Below are positions 25,876 to 32,000 of a stretch of DNA of 32,000 nt, one piece after another; position 1 is the first letter of the stretch, and each line of letters starts with the position of its first letter. The stretch lies in the NCBI RefSeq assembly GCF_965196625.1, contig NZ_OZ239769.1, positions 1,126,290-1,158,289 of the forward strand, read 5' to 3'. Source of the DNA: Candidatus Saccharimonadota bacterium. Its GTDB lineage: Bacteria > Bacteroidota > Bacteroidia > Cytophagales > Amoebophilaceae. Position numbers and translations under genes: made by a program. The notes beneath the pieces were generated by a model. That model did no database searches and was not told where the DNA came from. It was given only the letters and a program-made list of their open reading frames with translations.

Positions 25876-25990
25876 AAATTATACCCAATACCACTGCGAA
25901 TTTACCGCCTAATACAATAGAATCAAAATAGGCGCAACATCACTGCTTCCGTAAAGCGCATTTCACAAGCAGCCTATGATAAGATAACGG

Positions 25991-26473
25991 CTACCTCAAT
26001 AGCCCTTTGCGCTGCAACACAGTTGTAAAAAACTTGATCTCATTGTCTCCATGAAAGATTTTAAATGGAAGATAAAAAAACTGAACCTTAGATAATACCA
26101 ATAGAAAATATCCTTTTTTCTTGTAAGCCTTTTGAATATCTACCCACGATATAGGCATCGCTTGTTTTGTGTTGATCTGCACCAGCAGATGTTGGTTGTT
26201 GATTTCATAAGCAACCCGTTCAAACATAGGGCGGCTGTTCTCTAGCTTGGTAAGTCCATAAAATTGAATCACCCAAAAAATTAGATAACAGATAAACCCT
26301 ATTATACCCACCAATAGCAACCAAATCGTTTTTATAAAAAAGATGCTACTCATAAAAAGTGCAAGCAGAGGAAAAATCCACCATTGCATGCGCAAAATAT
26401 TTTGTATACCCAATTTTATATAAAGACCGCTCGATATTTTATATTTTCTTGTTTTGACAATCATAATGTTCAA
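25991..26473 (-). CDS. Hypothetical membrane protein (two TM segments plus a small C-terminal domain, possibly YcxB-like)
   Basis: 160 aa. It has two adjacent hydrophobic helices (WWIFPLLALFMSSIFFI; LLLVGIIGFICYLIFWVI). I recognised no catalytic motif. Confidence 0.45.
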   Translation of the reverse strand: MNIMIVKTRKYKISSGLYIKLGIQNILRMQWWIFPLLALFMSSIFFIKTIWLLLVGIIGFICYLIFWVIQFYGLTKLENSRPMFERVAYEINNQHLLVQINTKQAMPISWVDIQKAYKKKGYFLLVLSKVQFFYLPFKIFHGDNEIKFFTTVLQRKGLLR

Positions 26474-26624
26474 ATAATAACTAAAAAAGAGCGTTGCATA
26501 ATCTAACTGACCAGGTTATGCTTTTTTACAGTAAAATACTGGACGAATATAGTGATTTTACCCATAACTTAAGTATATTACCTGCGCTTACTACGGTAAG
26601 GATTACCATAAAACTTTAAAATCT

Positions 26625-28040
26625 ATGTTTACTACGTTATCATTATTGTGCCATACCGCTGCCATCTCTAGCCTATCAAATGGAATCCAACATAGTACAC
26701 CCATAGAGAGCAGCAGCATAGCACCTCCATTCTGGCTGGCCATGCCTTTTGTGGCTTTGTTATTGATGATTGCTACAGGTCCACTTTTTTTCGCTGATTT
26801 TTGGCATAAGCATTACCCCAAGATAGCGATATTATTGGCTACTTCCGTTATGGCTTACTACTGTATCGTTCTAGGAAACAAAATTAAGCCTGTAGAAGCA
26901 GCAGCGGAATATATACAATTTATGGCTTTGATTACGGCTTTGTATATCGCAACTGGCGGTATTGCCATTAAAGTCGATGCCCACGCTACCCCACTAGCCA
27001 ATATGATTTTACTCTTTGTAGGCGCTTTATTGGCTAATTTAATAGGCACAACGGGTGCTTCTATGCTTTTTATACGGCCTTATTTAGGGTTAAATAAAGA
27101 GCGAATTAAAGTCTACCATATTGTTTTCTTTATCTTTATAGTTAGCAACATAGGAGGCGCATTAACCCCTATTGGGGATCCACCTTTGTTTCTAGGGTTT
27201 CTCAAAGGCGTACCATTTGAATGGACTTTAATACATAATAGCCTGCCTTGGTTCGTAGCGCTTTTGATGCTACTGTTTATTTTTTACTGTTTTGAGAGAA
27301 ACAATAGACCTCTTTCAAAGGCGGTGGTGGATGATGGCTCAGGTATAGTTTCTATTTCAGGCAGTAAAAATTTCATTTGGTTGGTTATCATTATTGGTGC
27401 GGTATTCCTAGATCCAACCATTTTCCCTTGGTTGCCTACTATTGATTACCATGGCCATACCATCTCTTTTGTGCGTGAGTTGCTGATGTTAAGCGTAGCC
27501 ACACTTGCCTATTACAGTTCCAACAAAACAATACTGATATCGAATGGATTTAGTTTTGCACCTTTAAATGAAGTCTGTTTAATCTTTATAGGTATTTTCG
27601 GCACCATGATTCCTGCACTTGAACTCATTGGTAGGTTTGCTGCATCTGAAATGGGCCAACAATTGATTACACCAACTACTTTATACTGGGGAACAGGTCT
27701 TTTTTCCTCTGTTTTGGATAATGCACCTACTTATCTAAATTTTGTAGCAGCCAGTATGGCTGCACAAGGCGCAGATATTGAAGTGGTAGCCAATGTGCAA
27801 GCATATGCAACAGGCGCCATCTACCCTGACTCAGTTGTGCGATTAAATGCGATTGCCTTAGCTTCCGTTTTTTTTGGTGCTATGACCTATATTGGAAATG
27901 GTCCTAACTTTATGGTTAAAGCTATTGCAGAACAAGCAGGTATCACCATGCCTTCTTTCGGCCACTATATTTTTCGGTTTTCTATGCCTATTTTACTTCC
28001 ACTCCTTTTTATGATTTGGGTACTTTTCTTTGCATCCTAA
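26625..28040 (+). CDS. ArsB/NhaD-superfamily (CitMHS-like) ion transporter, a family often annotated as sodium:proton antiporter
   Basis: 471 aa and polytopic. The motifs PPFWLAMPFVALLLMIATGPLFF..FWHKHYPKIA, GTTGASMLFIRP, GGALTPIGDPPLFLGFLKGVPF and DNAPTYLNF fit this family as I recall it. The start codon is uncertain. Confidence 0.6.
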   Translation: MFTTLSLLCHTAAISSLSNGIQHSTPIESSSIAPPFWLAMPFVALLLMIATGPLFFADFWHKHYPKIAILLATSVMAYYCIVLGNKIKPVEAAAEYIQFMALITALYIATGGIAIKVDAHATPLANMILLFVGALLANLIGTTGASMLFIRPYLGLNKERIKVYHIVFFIFIVSNIGGALTPIGDPPLFLGFLKGVPFEWTLIHNSLPWFVALLMLLFIFYCFERNNRPLSKAVVDDGSGIVSISGSKNFIWLVIIIGAVFLDPTIFPWLPTIDYHGHTISFVRELLMLSVATLAYYSSNKTILISNGFSFAPLNEVCLIFIGIFGTMIPALELIGRFAASEMGQQLITPTTLYWGTGLFSSVLDNAPTYLNFVAASMAAQGADIEVVANVQAYATGAIYPDSVVRLNAIALASVFFGAMTYIGNGPNFMVKAIAEQAGITMPSFGHYIFRFSMPILLPLLFMIWVLFFAS

Positions 28041-28079
28041 ACCAATATAAGATTCTGATAGCAGTATACATTCATTGAA

Positions 28080-28877
28080 ATGGGTCAAATAGTAAGCAGC
28101 GTAGTGGCTTTGTTTTTAACGATGGGGCTATGCTTCTCTCTACTATTGGTGGAAAAAAAGCAGACTACTTTGGTCTGCAAAGATATAGCAGTCACCATCC
28201 AAGATTACCCCGAACAATCTTTTATAACCCCCCAAGCAATCGTTGCTTTATTGCAATCAACCCATAAGATCTCCTTACACAAAACGCTACTCAATACTGT
28301 TAACACCTATGCCATACAACATCAACTTACCAACCACCCGCTTATAAAAAATGCATTGGTCTATAAAACTTGGAACGGAACCGTAAAAATCTGCTTAAAA
28401 ACCAGATGTTTTATTGCCCGCATCATTAGCCCCCTTCCGCAACCTATTGGCATCGAGTTGCAAAAGAGCTCTATTGACTTAATGGAAACAAATGGTTATC
28501 AGATATATTTGGATAAAAAAGGGGCCGTGATAGATCTGAAAGATCCACCCCTGCTTCGGTTGCTTGTTGTAACGGGTCAAAATATAGCCATAGAAAACAA
28601 CAAGTTACGCGACAAGCGATTATTGGCATTATTAGGCTACATCTATAAAGATTCTTTTTGGAGGCGGCAAATTACCAGTTTACAGGTAACAGCGAATGGT
28701 AAAATTATAATGGGTACCCAAGTAGGCGGACACCAAATAGAGTTTGGCACAGCAGAAAACATAGAGGAAAAGTTTGAAAAGCTCCAGCTTTTCTATAGCC
28801 AGGTTATTCCTTATAAAGGCTGGGAGGCTTATCATCGTGTAAATGTAGCATTTAAAGATCAGTTGATTTGTGAATAA
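28080..28877 (+). CDS. ftsQ: Cell division protein FtsQ (POTRA plus FtsQ domain), Bacteroidota type
   Basis: 265 aa. It has an N-terminal TM followed by C(K/R)DI.V.I.D......FIT...I..LL, then IYLDKKG, VVTG, FW..QI..L.V...G.I......GGH.IEFG....IEEKFEKL..FY......GW..Y..VNV.F..QLIC. This pattern matches Bacteroides FtsQ as I recall it. Confidence 0.7.
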   Translation: MGQIVSSVVALFLTMGLCFSLLLVEKKQTTLVCKDIAVTIQDYPEQSFITPQAIVALLQSTHKISLHKTLLNTVNTYAIQHQLTNHPLIKNALVYKTWNGTVKICLKTRCFIARIISPLPQPIGIELQKSSIDLMETNGYQIYLDKKGAVIDLKDPPLLRLLVVTGQNIAIENNKLRDKRLLALLGYIYKDSFWRRQITSLQVTANGKIIMGTQVGGHQIEFGTAENIEEKFEKLQLFYSQVIPYKGWEAYHRVNVAFKDQLICE

Positions 28878-28885
28878 AAAACACC

Positions 28886-29200
28886 TTAAAAAAGCGTAGG
28901 CAACCGGGTCTGTTTCGGTAACCTTTCTGCCAATAGAGCAGACCATGGTGCTATTTTAAAAGTTTTTCGGCGTGCAGTGGCGCCACTTATTAAGGTAATA
29001 TTGCTTTGGGCTATATCCAACCTTTTAGCCAATAATGCAACAATCGCTTTATTGGCTTTACCCCCTTCAGGAGGCGCCATAATACGAAGCTGCAATCTAT
29101 ATTTTTCCCCTTCCTCTATCCAGTGTTCAATTTGATCCCGATGACTTCTAGGTTTTGCATAAATATGCAAAAAATATACGGCGTGATGAGCGGCACTCAT
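28886..29200 (-). CDS. DUF167 (YggU/UPF0235) family protein
   Basis: 104 aa. The sequence IYAKPRSHRDQI......YRLQLRIMAPPEGGKANKAIVALLAKRLDIAQSNITLISGATARRKTFKI is typical of DUF167. Its stop lies only 8 bp from the convergent ftsQ stop. Confidence 0.8.
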   Translation of the reverse strand: MSAAHHAVYFLHIYAKPRSHRDQIEHWIEEGEKYRLQLRIMAPPEGGKANKAIVALLAKRLDIAQSNITLISGATARRKTFKIAPWSALLAERLPKQTRLPTLF

Positions 29201-29346
29201 TTGGTTTTAGTTTTATTTTAGATGCATGCATTTTGATATGATATTAATTTTTATTATTATGAAAAATTTAAATTTAATACTAATAAAAAATTATTGAACA
29301 ACCCGCTGCTCGCATGCAGTTTTAATATAACACTACGTTAATAACT

Positions 29347-30750
29347 ATGAAAATAAAAAGTAACTTTTTGCTAGCCTTGAGTGCTATATCTTTATCATGT
29401 ACTAATCTAATGCAACCTACTATATTCAACATAGATGAATACGATTGGCAAAACGCTTATAACACTACTGTGGATAGTCAAGCGCTAATGGGACAAAACG
29501 GTGCATCAGATAAAAAACCTTGCCCTTACTGTATTGCAACACTCAATGCTTTAAAGGATTTGATAGAAAAATATTACGCAGACATTAAATATTATGAAGA
29601 CATTAAATATTACGCAGACGTTATAAAAAACAAAATTGTAGGCTATGGTAGCCACCAGCCTATTGACAACTCTGGTTTACATTCAAAGCCATTCAGCCAA
29701 CCATGGAGGGGGGCTACATCAAACAGCAACGAGATAGATAGTCCACTTGCATTGGCTACGTATATTGCCATTTCTTCCAATTTCCCTACAATTTTATTGG
29801 AATTTATATGCTTCCTTGAGCAGGCAGGTATAAAAATAGATCTAAATGCCAAAACGCTATTTGGGAGGTCTGCATTTCATTATGCAATAGCTTCTGGCCA
29901 TAGAGCAACGCTAGGCATGCTGATGCATAAAGCGCCACTAGTGCATAATCAACAAGATCAAGTACTTGATTTTCCGGCTCTGTTCGACTACGCAATGAAC
30001 CTTGGTAAGCAAGAGATAGCAGAAGATTTACTCGAGTATTTGGTAGGGCGGGCACAAGAGGCTCCACTGCAGCCCATCTATGGACAACATAAAGCTATAC
30101 ATTTTGTTGATCTATTAGACTACGCAATATACCTCAACAAAAAAGAAAGAGCAAAACACTTATTGCAGGACATAATCACACTGGTAAAACAGGGTCTGCT
30201 GACGCATCTCTATAGAGAGGGTAAAAACATAGATTATGTGGATCTATTAGACTACGCAATACGCCTTGGAAAGCAAGAGATAGCAGAAGATTTACTTGAA
30301 AATTTAATTAAAAACGATCCTATAAAAAATTTGCATCAACAAGATATACATGGGCAAACTACATTAATGCATATCGCTTACAGTATGTACCCTGGATTGA
30401 GTAAAATATTCAAGGCACTACTTATTAAAAATGCAGATATTACCATACAAGATAGGGATGGGCAAAACGTATTGATGCACCTATGCACAAGGCTTGGTTA
30501 TACCTATGCTACAAATTATAACCCTAATAATAACAATCAGGCGCTATGCGACGATAAAAAAGAGATGCTAAAGTGGCTATTTAACCACAAGGATATACTA
30601 AAAATTATTGGTCATGTAGATAAAAATGGTAAAAATATACTAACATATGCCAATGATCTGCTCGATAAAATATCGAAAGTAGATCTATGGGGAGCAGCAG
30701 ACATCCGAGACATATTCAACCTATTGCTGGATGTTGGATTTAATGCTTAG
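29347..30750 (+). CDS. Signal-peptide (possibly lipoprotein) ankyrin-repeat protein with 44-aa ANK-like modules
   Basis: 467 aa with the leader MKIKSNFLLALSAISLSC. ANK units include GRSAFHYAIASGHRATLGMLMHKAP, HGQTTLMHIAY..FKALLIKNADITIQDRDGQNVLMHLC and DKNGKNILTYA. There are three 44-aa repeats of the form DLLDYAI.L.K.E.A..LL. Confidence 0.85.
   Translation: MKIKSNFLLALSAISLSCTNLMQPTIFNIDEYDWQNAYNTTVDSQALMGQNGASDKKPCPYCIATLNALKDLIEKYYADIKYYEDIKYYADVIKNKIVGYGSHQPIDNSGLHSKPFSQPWRGATSNSNEIDSPLALATYIAISSNFPTILLEFICFLEQAGIKIDLNAKTLFGRSAFHYAIASGHRATLGMLMHKAPLVHNQQDQVLDFPALFDYAMNLGKQEIAEDLLEYLVGRAQEAPLQPIYGQHKAIHFVDLLDYAIYLNKKERAKHLLQDIITLVKQGLLTHLYREGKNIDYVDLLDYAIRLGKQEIAEDLLENLIKNDPIKNLHQQDIHGQTTLMHIAYSMYPGLSKIFKALLIKNADITIQDRDGQNVLMHLCTRLGYTYATNYNPNNNNQALCDDKKEMLKWLFNHKDILKIIGHVDKNGKNILTYANDLLDKISKVDLWGAADIRDIFNLLLDVGFNA
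29572..29622. repeat. 18-bp in-frame tandem repeat (about 2.8 copies)
   Basis: The sequence reads TATTACGCAGACATTAAA TATTATGAAGACATTAAA TATTACGCAGACGTT, which encodes YYADIKYYEDIKYYADV. Confidence 0.9.
29977..30372. repeat. 132-bp coding repeat x3 within the ankyrin gene
   Basis: GACTACGCAAT recurs at 29986, 30118 and 30250, an exact 132-bp period. GATCTATTAGACTACGCAATA is identical at 30109 and 30241. CTTGG(T/A)AAGCAAGAGATAGCAGAAGATTTACT is shared by units 1 and 3. Outer boundaries are approximate. Confidence 0.85.
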
Positions 30751-30836
30751 GCCTATAATAAATATTGGATCCTATCCTATTATTTTCTAAATTCGATTTG
30801 TGGTTTGTAGACTAACTATTAAAAAATTTAAGAACA

Positions 30837-31577
30837 ATGAATGATTACATAAGAGATTATACGCACGCCAATCGGGCTATAGACAGTGGATTGCAGCGCT
30901 ACATGGTTAAAATATATATGCATATGGCTTTTGGACTCTTGATTACGGCCTTTTCGGCAGCTGCGACCTTTACTTTTCCCCATTTAACCAATTTGCTTTT
31001 TAAACTCGACCCGTGGGGGAATATTATAGGGCGTACTACCTTGGGTTATGTGGTTATGTTTGCGCCATTTTGCATTGCTATGTATTTATCCGGTAACTTT
31101 GTAAGGGCAACATTTGCCCGCTCTCGTCTTCTTTTGGCATTGTATGCTGCGCTTATAGGCATATCGCTGACTGAATTGGCTTTTTTTTATACGGCTGAAT
31201 CGCTACATAAGACTTTTCTAATAACCGCTTTTACCTTTGGGGCCATGAGTCTGTATGGTTACATGACCAACCGGGATTTAAGCTCTGTTGGCTCTTTTTG
31301 TATGATGGCCATTTGGGGGCTTATTATAAGCGCTGTAGTAAATATTTTTCTTCAGAGTTCTGCGATTTATTTTGTAACCAGTTTTATAGGCGTAGCCGTT
31401 TTTATTGCTTTTGTAGCATACAACACCCAAAAATTAAAAAATATCTATTATGAGCTACAAGATACGGCTTTAGTAGAGAAAGCGGCGATTATGGGCGCAT
31501 TCTCGCTTTATCTTAACTTCTTAAATCTTTTTTTATATCTATTGCGTTTTTTAGGAGAGCAAAAAAGAAGAGATTAA
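30837..31577 (+). CDS. Bax inhibitor-1 / YccA family membrane protein
   Basis: 246 aa with 7 hydrophobic segments. The N-terminus ...GLQRYMVKIYMHMAFGLLITA and the C-terminal charged tail (EQKRRD) are typical of the BI-1/YccA family. Confidence 0.85.
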   Translation: MNDYIRDYTHANRAIDSGLQRYMVKIYMHMAFGLLITAFSAAATFTFPHLTNLLFKLDPWGNIIGRTTLGYVVMFAPFCIAMYLSGNFVRATFARSRLLLALYAALIGISLTELAFFYTAESLHKTFLITAFTFGAMSLYGYMTNRDLSSVGSFCMMAIWGLIISAVVNIFLQSSAIYFVTSFIGVAVFIAFVAYNTQKLKNIYYELQDTALVEKAAIMGAFSLYLNFLNLFLYLLRFLGEQKRRD

Positions 31578-31705
31578 GGCCTATCTTAAGTGATAGGCTA
31601 GTCCTCTAAGGAGCCCCAATATAGTGCCATCTATAGCCTGCCGTTTACGGGCCTTTTGGCATGGTTTTTATCGTGTTATAGTTCAGTGCCTAAATAAACA
31701 TTCAT

Positions 31706-31735
31706 AAAATAGCTAGCGGTAGCGCTAGCTATTTT
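31706..31735. terminator. Perfect 13-bp palindromic hairpin with flanking A- and T-tracts (bidirectional intrinsic-terminator shape)
   Basis: AAAATAGCTAGCG (31706-31718) pairs with CGCTAGCTATTTT (31723-31735) across the loop GTAG. It lies 129 bp downstream of the BI-1 stop. Confidence 0.5.
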
Positions 31736-32000
31736 AATTTCTACTTTGTAGTAGCCTCATAATTTTTATAAATTGCCCCCTACACTTTTTAGCAAGGGAT
31801 AATGTATATCGATCAGATGTGTAGCTGATAAGCCCTATCCCGTTTTACGGGCCACCTGGTTTTATACAAAATACAATACCGTTCACAATAAATAAGGTGA
31901 TTAGAACCCTGGCATGCATCTATTTTCTTGAATGATTGGCGCAAAAATTGTGCATAGCATCGCAATAAGGTTTTAAAATAGCTGAAAAAGAAGTCATACA

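Noticed and set aside
2097-25920. Other antisense or overlapping track ORFs (2097-2357, 5402-5590, 6170-6361, 7301-7570, 8180-8641 group, 9626-9859, 12601-12804, 15014-15211, 17828-18058, 20474-20746, 20800-21138, 21983-22228, 23164-23836 group, 23956-24264, 24185-24454, 25414-25920 group, 26858-27049, 28680-28946, 29643-30067 group)
   Set aside because: Each is embedded in or overlaps a longer ORF that has clear family motifs on the other strand or in another frame. They have odd composition and no recognisable motifs. Such ORFs are expected by chance in an AT-rich sequence.
26474-26624. Hairpin GCATAA-N14-TTATGC followed by TTTTTT, upstream of the ion transporter gene, considered as a possible ion riboswitch or attenuator
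   Set aside because: It has only a 6-bp AT-rich stem and no recognisable riboswitch consensus that I can recall. The evidence is insufficient without an Rfam scan.
31815-32000. Two minus-strand frames open at the right window edge. One ends ...CMTSFSAILKPYCDAMHNFCANHSRK* at about 31920. The other is a ~61-codon open frame without Met ending near 31815.
   Set aside because: The fragments are too short, have unusual Cys/aromatic-rich composition and carry no recognisable motif. I cannot tell whether a real gene enters from beyond position 32000, so I made no call.
1-32000. Scan for tRNA, rRNA, tmRNA, SRP RNA, IS elements with terminal inverted repeats, integrase or transposase genes, and toxin-antitoxin pairs
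   Set aside because: I saw no T-arm (GGTTCGAATCC-like) or other diagnostic RNA motifs, no transposase- or integrase-like ORFs, and no small adjacent two-gene modules. A covariance-model scan (tRNAscan-SE or Infernal) would be needed to exclude divergent RNAs.

Overview
This is an AT-rich, gene-dense chromosomal window with about 26 protein genes. I found no rRNA, tRNA, CRISPR array or intact IS element by eye. The protein set looks like Bacteroidota, most plausibly an intracellular symbiont of the Amoebophilaceae type. That placement is an inference from Bacteroidota-style ParC, YidC, PpiD, FtsQ and DUF721 proteins plus signal-peptide ankyrin-repeat proteins, and it needs a database search to confirm. 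Most genes are housekeeping: parC (partial), ppa, nfo, ruvA, yidC, rnhB, comEC, DUF721/DciA-like, a LysM lytic transglycosylase, a DUF4015-type glycoside hydrolase, PBP1A, gatC, FKBP, DHH/NrnA, PpiD, an ArsB/NhaD-type transporter, ftsQ, DUF167 and BI-1/YccA. I do not see a clear multi-gene novel system. The most unusual items are: (1) a C-terminally truncated, single-module classic AAA+ ATPase gene sitting between two ~180-190 bp direct repeats that duplicate the promoter region and first codons of the PBP1A gene, which looks like a recent insertion/duplication scar; (2) an intact-length RNase HII ORF in which two of the four catalytic carboxylates and the GRG motif are substituted; (3) a 612-aa AAA-ATPase_like + PD-(D/E)XK (PDDEXK_9-type) ATPase-nuclease that abuts or overlaps the DUF721 gene; (4) two signal-peptide ankyrin-repeat proteins carrying in-frame micro- and minisatellites; (5) an FKBP isomerase interrupted by a 66-bp x4 tandem coding repeat; (6) an ftsQ gene separated from any dcw cluster; (7) a 420-bp non-coding right end with a perfect 13-bp palindromic hairpin and a repeated CCGTTT(T)ACGGGCC motif. 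All functional calls rest on motif recognition from memory. No searches were run.
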